DNA of 64,000 bases from Octopus sinensis (GCF_006345805.1 NC_042999.1:161572001-161636000), one strand, 5' to 3'. Positions 1 to 12,775 are shown, counted from the stretch's first letter. The notes: generated by a model not told the origin, from the sequence alone. Numbers and translations are program-made.

Positions 1-276
1 CCTTCTGGGTATTAGCGCGCGTCTACGATGAGTCTACGATTAAAAAAAAAAATTTACCATCAATTTTTCCCATTTTTAATGCATTTTTGGCATATATAAG
101 GGAAGTAACTCTTGAAAAATGTATTATTAAATCTCAGAACGTAAAAAGCTACAGTAACACCCCCCCCCCGCTTTGTGGTTAGCCATATTGAGATGGCTAT
201 TATACTTTACATCTCTAAAAATGCTTATATAGTTATTTCCCTTACAAACCTGAGCAACACCGGGCGATACTGCTAG
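1..276 (+). mobile_element. Non-autonomous Helitron, copy 1 (5' end cut by window edge)
   Basis: Ends in a GC-rich hairpin-like segment then CTAG|T (273-277); near-identical to 12379-12775. Confidence 0.85.
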
Positions 277-542
277 TATTATATATAATACTAGTGTGAA
301 CATGCTATCTTTAAGATGTTTTACATTGATTTGGTATCATATATTCCTATAGAGTATATGCATGAGTGTACACATGGTATGCATGTGGGAAGAACGCTGG
401 CAAGACATGCAACACAAAGGAAGCATGGATGTCAGTAGTAGAAAATGTAAAATAGAGCTATAAGTTGTTAAAATAATGTGCATTTATAAAGCAATGAAAA
501 ATTACTACCTAAATACTATCAATAAATTATATATACATATAG

Positions 543-931
543 GTGTAGGAGTGGCTGTGTGGTAAGTAGCTTGCTTACCAACCACATGGTCCCGGGTTCA
601 GTCCCACTGCGTGGCACCTTGGGCAAGTGTCTTGTACTATAGCCTTGGGCCAACCAAAGCCTTGTGAGTGGATTTGGTAGACGGAAACTGAAAAAAGCTC
701 TTCGTATATATGTATATATATATGTGTTTGTGTGTCTGTGTTTGTCCCACCAACATCGCTTGACAACCGATGCTGGTGTGTTTACATCCCCATAACTTAG
801 CAGTTTGGCAAAAGAGACCGATAGAATAAGTACTGGGCTTAGAAAGAATAAATCCTGGGGTCGATTTGCTTGACTAAAAGGTGGTGCTCCAGCATGGCCA
901 CAGTGAAATGACTGAAACAAGTAAAAGAGTA
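543..931 (+). mobile_element. tRNA-derived SINE family A (CORE/OR2-like)
   Basis: A-box-like GGCTGTGTGGTAAG, B-box-like GGGTTCAGTCCC, CORE-like CCTTGGGCAAGT, internal (TA)/(TG) tract, (GTAAAAGA)n tail; 12 copies in window. Confidence 0.85.
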
Positions 932-1913
932 TACATACTTTGATGAATTTTTACTACAATTTGTATTTGTTACTAAACACTATCATTGTAAACATCATTA
1001 TCCTATCTACATTTATGTGTAGTGAAAAATTGAGCCCATCTCATTCACATTATTGTCACCCTCTTAATGCAACCTGAACAAAAGAAGTGTATTATTTGTT
1101 TATATAAAACATGTCATTATGTAATCAAATATTATTAGATACTAAATGAAACTGAAGTGAAGTAAGCCATTATTTAGATATTTAATAGAAATATAATATT
1201 AATATTACTTATGTTAAAGCAATAGGCATACGTACACAAATGTGCCCCACTGACTTCGTTTCCTCATAACTTTCAGAAAAATGGATATATTCTAATGAAA
1301 TTTTCAACCAATATGCTTCAGATGATGAAATTCCAATTATATCAAAATTTGTCATGAAAAATTTTTTTGCAGCGGTATAGAGAGGAATTTCAGAGAATTC
1401 ACGAGTCAGTTTTGTTTTCCTCATAACTTTCAGAAGAATGGGTGTTTTAAAATGAAATGTTCTACAAATACCATTCAGAGTGTGTAAATTTCGGTTATAT
1501 AGGAATTTGAGGTGAAAAAAGAAATAGTGAGCACACGCACATACATATTGGTACACATTACAAGTTTTTTCAAACTTGAAGTTTCATGTGTGATGTGTGC
1601 CAGAATACATGTCGGCTATCTCACCAATTTTTTTCTTTTTTCATATTAAATTCCAATATAATCACAATGTACACACTCTGAAAGGTATTTGTTAAAAATT
1701 TTGTGGAAGTTATATGGAAATAAAGTCATGGTGGGGAGGGGCACACTTGTATTGTGTTATTTCATCAGGTTCTTCATGTTTTGATTTCAAATCCTGCTTA
1801 GGTCAACTTTGCTTTTCATTCTCTTAGGGTTGGGTTCTTGAGTAAGTGTTATCAACCAGTCCCTTCCACTTGAAAACTGCAAGCTTTGTACTTACATCAG
1901 AAACAATTATTAA

Positions 1914-2134
1914 CCCTTTCGTTACTGTATTTATTTTGAGGTGCTCTGTGTTTCTTTCAATTATTTTAACTATAACAAAGAATTTAGTAAAATAACTTAG
2001 TTGTCATTAAGCTAATGTTAGGAACATAAATTGTGACTAAGGTTTGGTGGAAGATTTTAATTCAAAACTTGTGAAAACAAGACATTTGTACTACAGAACC
2101 AGAGCCGGTTTTGGCCGGGTTGGTAACGAAAGGG
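1914..2134. mobile_element. piggyBac-like MITE
   Basis: TTAA|CCCTTTCGTTAC ... GTAACGAAAGGG terminal inverted repeats; second copy at 3904-4124. Confidence 0.8.
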
Positions 2135-2220
2135 TTGGTAGATTGGCAGAATCATTACATCATTAAAAAATGTCTTGTGTTTCTTTTTAGTCTTTACTAG
2201 GTTTATCTTGTATATCTTAT

Positions 2221-2602
2221 CTTTTACTTGTTTCAGTCATTAAACTGTGGCCTTTAAGCATTTTTGTTGAACGCTTTGGACCCCAGTACTTATTTTTTGT
2301 TAAGCTGGGTACTTATTCTATCAGATCTCTTTTGCCACTAAGTTATGGGGACGTAAGCACACCAACACCAGTTGTCAAGTTGTAGTGGGGGACAGACACA
2401 AAGACATACACACACGCACACACACATAAATATATGGGCTTCTTTCAGTTTCTGTCTACCAAATCCATAGCTTCTTTCAGTTTCCATCTACCAAATCCAC
2501 TATAACCCGAGACTACAGTAGAAGACACTTGCCCAAAGTGCCATGCAGTGGAACTGAACTCAAAACAACCTGATTGGGAAGCAAGCTTCTTACCACGCAG
2601 CC
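2221..2602 (-). mobile_element. SINE family A, diverged copy
   Basis: Reverse-complement match to 543-931. Confidence 0.8.
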
Positions 2603-3018
2603 AATTAAATGTTGGGATTCATGGTCTCTTCACCTTAAAATTGTTGGCCTTACCTAAACCAGAAACTTATCATTATTTGGGGTTGTGTGTGCAGAATCAT
2701 TTGGATGTTGAGAAAATGCTTTGGGCTATTTTTCCAGCTCTTTGTTCAAATCCCAGCTTTCCCTTTCTTCCCTTTGGAATTGTTAAAGTACTAGAATCAA
2801 ATTAATCAAGAATTGTGCCTATTTATAAAAACAGTTATTATTATCATCCTTAATCTCTGCTAGACCTGCCTAATCATGTTGCCACGGCAAGAGAACTCAT
2901 CCAGAACTAGAAACATTTTCCTAAAAACACCAAAACTATCTGGAAAAATAAACTTTGACCCGCAACTCCTCCACAAAAGTTGTGCAAGCCTTGAAATTTC
3001 GACAATACTTTATGGTTG

Positions 3019-3220
3019 CTCTTTTACTTGTTTCAGTCATTTGACTGCGGCCATGCTGGAGCACCGCCTTTAATCAAGCAACTCGACCCCGGGACTTATT
3101 CTTTTGTAAGCCCAGTACTTATTCTATCGGTCTCTTTTGCCAAACTGCTAAGTAACGAGGACATAAACACACCAGCATCAGTTGTCAAGCAATGCTAGGG
3201 GGACAAACACAGACACACAA

Positions 3221-3255
<35 letters not shown>

Positions 3256-3420
3256 CATATATACGACGGGCTTCTTTCAGTTTCCGTCTACCAAATCCAC
3301 TCACAAGGCTTTGGTCGGCCCGAGGCTATAGTAGAAGACACTTGCCCCAAGGTGCCACGCAGTGGGACTGAACCCGGAACCATGTGGTTGGTAAACAAGC
3401 TACTTACCACACAGCCACTC
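3019..3420 (-). mobile_element. SINE family A
   Basis: Reverse-complement match to 543-931. Confidence 0.85.
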
Positions 3421-3784
3421 TTGCTGTTGAAATTTCACTAATAGTTGCCATTGTTATGGTGAAAGTAATGATAATTTCTCCATTTACTGTGAATTACAAT
3501 TACAGTCTGCAATAAGAAAAGGTCAAATAAACAACATTTATCTAATTGTTATTTTCTTATTGGCCACCTTGAGAATGGAAAGTTTGTATGTTTCCCACAG
3601 CAATGTAAAAATGTTTGACTTGTTTACAAGGAGGTAGTCATTGTAAAAACTGTGTTTATACACACACACACACACACACACACACTATTATAAAGTTTAT
3701 TTCTTTGCATCTCTTTCTTTACCTGACACCCCACCACCTTTTTCTCACAATGCTTCTATTAATCTCTCTTTACTACAGCTATAA

Positions 3785-3816
<32 letters not shown>

Positions 3817-3903
3817 CCTCTCTAACTCACTCACATTGGTCATTATCACTTTACATGTATTGTACACTCATAGGACATGTCCAAACCTGCTACTATTGAT
3901 TAA

Positions 3904-4124
3904 CCCTTTCATTACTGTATTTATTTTGAGATGCTCTGTGTTTCTTTCAATTACTTTAAATATAACAAAGAATTTAATAAAATAACTTAGTTATCATTCA
4001 GCTAGTGTTAGGAACATAAATTGTGACTTAGGTTTGGTGGAAGATTTTAATTCAAAACTTATAAAAACAAGACATTTAGTACTCAGAGCCAGAGCCGGTT
4101 TCAGCCAGGTTGGTAACGAAAGGG
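3904..4124. mobile_element. piggyBac-like MITE, copy 2
   Basis: TTAA on both sides (3900-3903, 4125-4128); CCCTTT/AAAGGG termini; near-identical to 1914-2134. Confidence 0.85.
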
Positions 4125-4577
4125 TTAATACTGCCTTTCATGTCAAGTTACACAGTCCAGAAATTCTTCTGCTTTACATGAGCCTACTTTCACAAAGTTT
4201 CCCTGACCAGGGTTTCAAGCATAGCAACCTGAAAGCCAATATTCAAGCTAGTTTTATGATTGTTTTAAGGTTTGAAATCTTCATTAACATAATTATAATT
4301 ATCATCATTACACCAGGTGGTTGTCCAGTTATAAAAGTTATTGCTTCAACAAGTGAAGCCTCCAACCCATGCAAGCAGGAACATATTATTGTAAATCAGT
4401 AGAAAACAGTAAATCACCATTTTCCAAGGTCCACCTTGCTTTTCATCCTTTGGGGGTCAATAAAATAAGTACCAGTTGAGTACTGGAGTTGATGTAATTA
4501 ACTAATCTCCTCCCCTAAAATTGCTGGCCTTGTGCCGAAATTTGAAACTACCATCATTATTATTATTATTATTATTA

Positions 4578-4849
4578 TTGAGTGAGAGAGCAGTTCATGC
4601 CATCAAAGTGACACTGGGGTAAAATATACGAAGCCCAATATACCCATCATGACTACCCGTCTGATAAGGGTACACCAGGCACATGCATCACAACCATATG
4701 TGCGCGACATGGTGATCTCATATCAAGATAAACAGCACATGACCTTGCAGGTGGGGCCCAGTTAGAATTTTCTTCAGGTTGAGTAGCCCATCCCACTCAA
4801 AAGGTCCCTGAATAAGGGTTGTTTAAGGATGTTGAACGAAACACCCCTG

Positions 4850-4852
<3 letters not shown>
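4578..4852 (-). mobile_element. Interspersed repeat family E fragment (SINE- or LINE-3'-end-like)
   Basis: Reverse-complement match to the 3' half of 32831-33388; flanked by (ATT)n on both sides. Confidence 0.75.
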
Positions 4853-4891
<39 letters not shown>

Positions 4892-4892
4892 G

Positions 4893-5125
4893 AAGGCAAC
4901 TAGCTGGCAGAATCATTAGCACATCAGGTGAGATTTTTAGTGGCATTTCTTCCATCTTTATGTTCTGAGTTCAAAAACTGTCGAAGTCAACATTGCCTTT
5001 CATCCTTTCAGGGTTGATGAAATAAGTACCAGCTATACACTGGGGTTGATTTGTTCAATTAGCCCCTCCCCCAAAATTTTTGGCCTCGGGCCTTTATTAG
5101 AGAGTATTATTATTATTATTATTAA
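4893..5125 (+). mobile_element. Degenerate SINE family B relative
   Basis: GCTGGCAGAATCATTAGCAC head, TTCTGAGTTCAAA box, GCCTTTCATCCTTTC...AAGTACCAG core, (ATT)n tail. Confidence 0.7.
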
Positions 5126-6411
5126 TAGATTCATTAATGCATCAGTGGAATTGTATCATGGTATTTCTTCCAGTTCTGTAAGTTCTGAGTTCAAACTTTG
5201 CTTGATCAGCTGTATTTTATCAACCACAAAAAGTTGAAAAGCAAAGTACAACTGAAGTACTGGAGCCAGTGTGACTGACTTGCTATCTCCTCCCAAAACT
5301 GCTGGCCTTGTGCCTAAATTAAAACAATTAAGCACAGCGGATTAGCTGAATTGTTAGTGTTAGACAAAATACCTTACAACATATGTGTGACTCTTTACAT
5401 CCTAAGTTCAAATCCTGTACCTGTCAGTTACTGGAATGTGTGTGTGCATGCATGCATATGTGTGTGTGCATGCATATGTGTGTGTGTGTGTGTTGTGTGT
5501 GTGTGTATACTCACTAACTCTAACTCTGTTCATTGTGAAGCATAATGTTTTTTTGAGAAAATCATGCTTCACATGGTCTGAAAAAGAAAGACAGGCTGGT
5601 CACAGCTGGAATGGCTTTGAGTATAAGCGCAGCCAATTAGAGTTAGCTGTGGTTAAAGAACAACAGCAATCGGGCACTTTGAAATATTGCCAGATTCTGA
5701 AATCTTGTTGCAAATGTCATCATCTAGTTGCAACCAACAGTACAATACTGTGCAGTATTCTTCTTAGATTTTCAAAGCTGAAATACATCTTAGTGTTCCT
5801 CGGAGTAAGATGAATAAAATCAAAATAGACAACAGGATATCAAGTAGCGATGCAGTATGACTGTTTCAAGTGGCTCCATTTAATTGAACAATGCAATCAT
5901 TACATCAATTTAGATGTAGTGCCATCTTCAGCCGCACAAATAAATAAATAGAATTTTAACCAGTTGGACACATTAATATAATTTTTCTTAAATATTTTAA
6001 CAGAGTAAGAAGATGGAAGAAATTCATGTTGTTGCTATTGTAGCTAAGAATAGACTACACTTCCAAGAATTGTATGAAGCCTATTGGGGTCATGGTATTG
6101 TAAAGGATTGTAATTCATTTCTAATTCATCTATCTCTTTATCAACTACTGAATCTAAGACTAGAAGACTGTGTCTATTATGAATAAAGGACAAGAGTGAG
6201 TTGACAGCTCATGGCTAGGTATGGTCATAAATATTGTTGTATGTATCCCTTTAACTGCCCTCACTACATCCATACCTATTACCCCCTCTTTTTAGGTTAT
6301 CTCTTCCCTACCTCAAATTTTAATCCCCTGTCTCTTTAAATGTAATTTGTATGTATTTTTTATTATTTCCTATAAATTCTTATTATTTTGTTTTCTTATT
6401 TTGATATCCTT

Positions 6412-6713
6412 ACCTATTAACCTCTTATTCCTTATAAGTTGTTACTTTTTTGGTTCTTAAACAGATATTTTTCAGCTACTTAAGTCTATGTGAGATGGTT
6501 GTACTATACCCATATGAACGTATAAATATTTGTGTATGTGTATACATGCATATATGCACATAACCTATTAACCTCTTATCCCTTATAAATTGCTATTTTT
6601 CTTGTTCTTGAATAGATATTTTTCAGCTACTTAACTCTATGCTTGATGGTTATACTATATCCATATAAACGTATAAATATTTGTGTATGTGCATATATGT
6701 GTGCACATATATA
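6412..6713. repeat. Tandem duplication, ~151-bp unit x2
   Basis: ACCTATTAACCTCTTAT... starts at 6412 and again at 6563; copies are diverged. Confidence 0.8.
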
Positions 6714-6793
6714 AATGTGTGTGTATCAACGGGCGAAATACCACTAAGCATTTCATTCAGCATGCTAACGATTCTGTCAGCTCGCCACCTTAA

Positions 6794-6958
6794 CCCTTTA
6801 GTACTTAAATTCAAACTGACCAGATCCAGGCTCTCACACCTACCCTACAATGTTATTCTACATTAAGTAATTACACCATCAAGATCTTGAAGATATGAGA
6901 TAATGCATGATTAATTCAAATCAATGGGAATCAATAAGCATTATGTTTGATAAAAGGG
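6794..6958. mobile_element. piggyBac-like MITE (second family)
   Basis: TTAA|CCCTTT ... AAAGGG|TTAA; abuts a minus-strand SINE-B head fragment (6715-6789). Confidence 0.7.
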
Positions 6959-7022
6959 TTAAATAATAATAATAATTAATAATAATAATAATAATATTAA
7001 TATTTTACTCTTTCTGTTACAG

Positions 7023-7327
7023 ACAAATCAAATTCCTCGAGTGTAGCAACAGAAGATTCGTTCCTGAATGACAGTGACACTCCTGACAGCAATGCCAATG
7101 ATTCAACTACATTTGACAACCAAGAGAATTTGGAAGTAAATGCCAACTATTCTAAAGTGCTGAATTTCTTGGAGCTCTACTGTTCCTTGAAGGAATGTCC
7201 ACCAGAACTGCGCCAACAAGTTAATGAACTGCAGACTCTTAGCAGTGAGGTCTCCCAGTCAATTGCTAATCTCAAAGAGAAATCTGAGACACTGTCACCT
7301 TTTCAAAACGGTTTGGATGGAAAATAA
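7023..7327 (+). CDS. Terminal coding exon of an unidentified gene (acidic Ser/Asp-rich stretch, then a predicted helical or coiled-coil C-terminus)
   Basis: Acceptor TTTTACTCTTTCTGTTACAG at 7022; open phase-1 frame KSNSSSVATEDSF...LNFLELYCSLKECPPELRQQVNELQTLSSEVSQSIANLKEK...GLDGK* ending TAA 7325-7327; followed by AU-rich 3'UTR-like sequence. Confidence 0.75.
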
Positions 7328-7343
7328 AAAGATAATGAGAGAT

Positions 7344-7396
<53 letters not shown>

Positions 7397-10124
7397 AAAT
7401 GAAATTATACAAAAATGTATTTAAAAACAAAAGAAACTAAAACAATGTAATGTGACAAAAAAAAATCAAGTCTTTTTTTTTTAAGAAAAGTTGAAAAATG
7501 GGAAAAATAACATTGTTTAGATAGACGTGATTTAATTTTCTTTCTTTAACTTGTTAAATGTTATGTTGTGTTTGCCTGTAAAAAAAGCTGTGTTTCATAT
7601 GTAATGGACTCAGCATGTATAATGTTGTGACTCAGCATGTATTGCATCTGACTCTAATATTGTCCTTACATGTCTTTGTGTCAAATGACTCCATGTGTAA
7701 TGTTGTGTCTGCCTGTATGAGGCTGTGTTTCATATATGTGACATTGACTCTGCATGTGTGTTGTGTCTTCAATATGTAATGATGTATCTATATGTATAAT
7801 GTTGTATCTTCATGTGCAATTGCTGTGTCTACATGAATAATGTTCTTTTATCTGCTACAATAGCATTCTGTCTACTAGAATATGTTGTGGCTCTGTGTGT
7901 CCAATAATAACATACTGTCCACATGTAAAATGTGTCTACAATAATGGTTCTCCTACAGTTTTGTGTCCACTTCAACAACGTTCTGTTTACATGTCACACA
8001 AAAGCTCACAAAGCACTTTCTTTTAAATATTTGTAGGACATTTAGGCTGTGATAATCAGAGATAACACTGTATTTATTGTTATTATTGCCATAACTATCA
8101 TTTCTTTTGCCCTTGAGCAGATATTGCTGATATATCAAGACCTTGATTCAATTTTAACTGATGTCAATTCACTTCACTTCACTGTTTTAACAAAGGTGTG
8201 AGTGGAGTGCTCAGCACTTTCAATATAAAGACTTGCTGATAAATTGACAGAAACAGAACACAAGACCAAATGAGTAAAAAGGGTCTTAGTTTAACTCCTG
8301 TTGGGGTTTATGTTGCTTTTCATCCTTCTAAAGTCGATAAAACAAATATTAGTGACATATTGGAATCAGTTCAGCTTGCCATAAAGTATGTAACCTTATG
8401 CCAATGTAAGAAATTATGATGGTAATAATAATAACAATCTATAATATTACTTTGTGTCCATGCATTCCAGACTGTTTTGTCCATATGTTACACTGACGCT
8501 ATGGGTGGTAATAACTCAAATGGAGAAATATATTTATAGAGGGAAAAGAGCAGACTAAGAGAGAGAGAGAAGGTTTATGTCATTCTGCAATTGTGTGTTC
8601 AAATCGCAAGCATAGTCAAAATGTTTAAACATAATGAAACAATGTCATGAAGATTTATAAATTTATGCATTTAATGATATATCAATAGATTGTTAAATTA
8701 AAGTGAAATAACCTTGGCAAATAGCTGTGGGTGTTCTATTTTTATCTTTTACATGTTTGAGACCAAAGGTTGTGGCCATGCTAGGGCACTACTATTATTC
8801 CTTTTTTTTTTCTTTTTGTTATTTAGTTTAAATGCTTATTGGTATTATCAGAATAAACAGACACAGAAGGAAATGTAGATATGATAGTTATTTAGCTACA
8901 TATTTAGATAGATAGGTATGTAGGTAAGTCTACAGATATGTCAACTGAGAGATATATTAATAGATGTGTGGCTGGGCTGAAATGAAAATAATCTCAATTG
9001 GTACAAAACTTGGATTGAGCGTTGGTGGTGATTGGACAGTGAACAGTGTAGTTCATATATATGCATGCATGCATGCATACATAATACATACATGAATAAG
9101 TGTTTAATTCATCTTTTATTTTCTTAACCTACAAAGCACATCATATATGTCAAACATAAAAAAAAGGGAAAATAAGCAATGTTCTAAGTTCAATTTGATT
9201 ATATTTGAAAGTACAGTTTTGATTGAATGGCTGGATTTCAAAAGAACTTTGAAAATTCCTTGCTTATGTTTAATATATCGATGTTTTCAAACATGCTGAC
9301 TTACACCATGGATTTTCCATGGGTCCCACTAGTGTTAATCATAGTAACAATAAATTGTTAATAGATATAAAAATTGTATTGATAACTAAATTGTATAAGC
9401 ATATTTCACATAATGTTCCTTTTTGTTTGCATGTCAATAAAACCCTTTCTTTATTGATATGTATTTGCAGGTGGTAGTGGTAGTGGTTTTATGTGATATT
9501 TATTATCACACTTATCTACACACATAGTTGTAGTGTTGTTTGTATTTGCTCAGATGCATATACAACAATACATGTGTAGGTTTTTTTTTTAAACAAACAT
9601 GCAAGCATACACAATTTCATTTTGTGTTTTGATTAATCCTAAAGAAAAATTTGTGTGAATGTATGTATATATAAACACATACACATATATATATTTGTGT
9701 CCATAGAACATGATTAACACTTTATTTTACTGAACCCTCATTTGTCGTTCATGACAAGAGAATCCATCATATACATATATATATATTATATTAAATTAGA
9801 GATAAAACCACTATTAGGCAAATCAAACAGTGAAAAACATAAACCAATACATAAAATTAATTTAAAAATATAAAAATATACATACATACATATATATATA
9901 TATTTGTATATATATATATAAAATTTATAAGTTTAAATTATTTAAATAATTTTTTATTTTTAACTTTTATATTTTTAAATTAATTTTATGTATTGGCTTA
10001 TGTTTTTCACTGTTTGATTTGCCTAATGGTGGTTTTATCTCTAATTTAATATAATATATTTATACTATAAAGTTGGATTTAATCCTAAATCTAATTTTTC
10101 CCTGTAAGTTTGGATTTATTCCCT

Positions 10125-10239
<115 letters not shown>

Positions 10240-10318
10240 TTTACCTGAGTTAGAGCAAAATGGTATGATTATAACCATATTCAACTTTTCCTTTTTCTTC
10301 TTTTTCATTTATTCTTCA

Positions 10319-10427
10319 CTCTGGTGAAGCTTCATGTTTCAGATTGGTTTTATTACCAAATATGATAAATATTTTTAGCATATCAATGGCATTACCATGC
10401 AACATTGGAAGCAGAAACAGCTGTCAG
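10319..10427 (+). ncRNA. Type I hammerhead ribozyme-like motif with long branched stem II (core mutated)
   Basis: CT-CTGGTGA-A-GCTTC...GAAGC-A-GAAAC-AGCT-GTC-AG; core reads CUGGUGA instead of CUGAUGA; stem I only 2 bp. Confidence 0.5.
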
Positions 10428-10976
10428 ACGGGATGCAGTCTATTTGTATTGAATGAATAAATAATAATTGATGTAAGTCAATTATTGTTCATCAGTATTT
10501 CTCCATTTTCTGTTTTCGTTAAATTTACATATATATATATATATATATATATATAGACTTACCATAATCTAAGTGTTGTAAAATGTGTATATATATATTA
10601 CATAATGCAAACATTATCTGATATAGGAATCAATTTGTTCAGTAGAATTAGTAGATGTATTTATTACATCAACAAATAAGGGTTTAGTCAGTTTTTTTTC
10701 CTTGGTTAAACACCTCTGTGTAAAAGGTAAAGGAACCTGCATTATTTATAAAGTTAGAGGTACCTTAGAAATGTTTGGGTTGATGGGATATTAAATGTAA
10801 TTATAATTCCTACCTTATAATATAGATTCTTCTTCTTACTTTTACATTTTACATCCTATCAACACTCCAAAGAATCTAATTTTATAAACCATGTGGGTTT
10901 CTTTTTATAGTCACTGTCATAATACTTAGGGCAGACAATCAGCTGTTAACGTACCCCCACACACAAATACATATAT

Positions 10977-11231
10977 GGAGAACCACGCGCACTTGGCAAC
11001 GTTAATGGATAGTCCTACCGCGTGGTAGAACTCCGAGCAGCGATTTAAGAGGCTCTGTAGACCCCGGCTGGTGCCGGAGACTAGCACTAAGTCATCCGCG
11101 TATGCGAGGCCCGCCATGACTGCACCTCCGACCTGGAGACCCATATCGTCGGGCAGGGTGTCCAGAAGCGGGTCGGTCGCGATATTGAAAAGGAGTGGTG
11201 ATAGGGGGTCTCCCTGTCAGACACCGCGCCT
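10977..11231 (-). mobile_element. R2/NeSL-like non-LTR retrotransposon RT fragment
   Basis: RGV*QGDPLSPLLFN...GLAYADDLVLVS...GLSINVAKC; one CGA>TGA-type stop; visibly GC/CpG-rich. Confidence 0.8.
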
Positions 11232-11852
11232 AATTTACACATACACATTTACACACACACACACACATATAACTCACCTGTCAAACTAATTTATAGCTAG
11301 ATAAACTGGAACATTAGACAATTGTTTTGACCTTAGACACAATGTAATATTGGTGATTGTTTGTGCTCCTCAGTATCTTGTATGTTAGCACTCTGTTTAC
11401 CTGGCTGCCTGTGCCCTACCCCACATTTATGTGTGCGTTGTGTGTCTATTTGTATACATTAAATGGTTGTGGACAATGTAAAATGGAGATATACTTGCAG
11501 CCAGTTACTCAAGACTATTCCAATGCTTAGGTGATTACACTTATTATATCCTACTATATTTGCCCACAGACAATAATCTAAGGAGAGAGAAATTCTAGCT
11601 AGCTTGACTTGCCCCCTACATACAACATGAAGCTGAGATCCTCTGTGTTAACCCAATAACTCATTAAGGATTAGGGTGTAATTTTATTCAGTTTTTTGTT
11701 CATATTTCAAGTGTACATTTTGGACATTGTTAAATAGATATATATAAAAAAAAATTCACACTAATGTTTTTGTTTTTTGACTTATTAAACTTATTAAATT
11801 GATTATTTAATTTTGATATAGACTTTTAGTTTGTCATTTACATTGTCATTTA

Positions 11853-12036
11853 CAGGTGGCACGTAAAAAGCACCCACTACACTCACGGAGTGGTTGGCGT
11901 TAGGAAGGGCATCCAGCTGTAGAAACATTGCCAGATAAGACCGGAGCCTGGTGCAGCCTTCTGGCTTCCCAGATCCCCGGTCGAACCGTCCAACCCATGC
12001 TAGCATGGAAAGCGGACGCTAAACGATGATGATGAT
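11853..12036 (+). mobile_element. RTE LINE 3'-tail fragment
   Basis: GGCACGTAAAAAGCACC...CCAACCCATGCTAGCATGGAAAGCGGACG-(TGA)n; the same tail is attached to RTE RT at 14283-16228 and 22365-23420. Confidence 0.8.
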
Positions 12037-12378
12037 AATTTATAAGAGTCATTATCATTCCCACCATCATTTTTTTAATCTATTTTTTCATGCTGACAAT
12101 TGATGGACTCCTGATATCTAAACTCATTTCTCTCTCTGCTTACTTAACCTGCCTCTCTCTAACAGCTGATCTTTTTCATGCATCAACTACCATTGCCTTC
12201 AGTTCACATGTCCATACTTGTGTAGCCACATTACATTCACCCATCATGTGATGTCTTAACATTTTCACAATGATTTGGAAATGAAATTAACTGTTCATAT
12301 GTTTCAATTAATTTTGAAAATAATCAAGGTTTTGGAGGGGCTTAATAAAATGACTCACTTTTTGTAATGTTTGGAACA

Positions 12379-12775
12379 TCTTTTTTATAAAAGTGAGGTT
12401 GTGTGCTGTCTGTCTCCTACGATTTAGATTCCTAACTACTCCCACATTTTGCGGTGCAGTTTAACCAAAACCTGGTATCTTATAGTCGTGATTCATATCG
12501 AGCCCTTCTGGGTATTAGCGCGCGTCTACGATGAATCTACAATTTTTAAAAAAAATATACCATCAATTTTTCCCATTTTTAATGCATTTTTGGCATATAT
12601 AAGGAAAGTAACTCTCTAAAAATTTATTATTAAATCTCAGAACGTAAAAAGCTACAGTAACACCACCCCCTTTGTGGTTAGCCATATTGAGATGGCTATT
12701 ATACTTTACATCTCTAAAAATGCTTATATAGTTATTTCCCTTACAAACCCGAGCAATGCCGGGCGATACTGCTAG
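12379..12775 (+). mobile_element. Non-autonomous Helitron, copy 2 (full length, 397 bp)
   Basis: A|TC 5' end at 12379; CCCG-AGCAATGC-CGGG subterminal hairpin; CTAG|T 3' end; no TSD. Confidence 0.9.

Noticed and set aside
519-920. Recurrent 60-130-aa ORFs (MFQSF..., MSSNARG..., MPKVPRSG...)
   Set aside because: All are translations of SINE family A copies.
5768-5804. 37-bp exon in phase with exon 7023
   Set aside because: Plausible TAG and GTAAGA sites but too short and unsupported to call.
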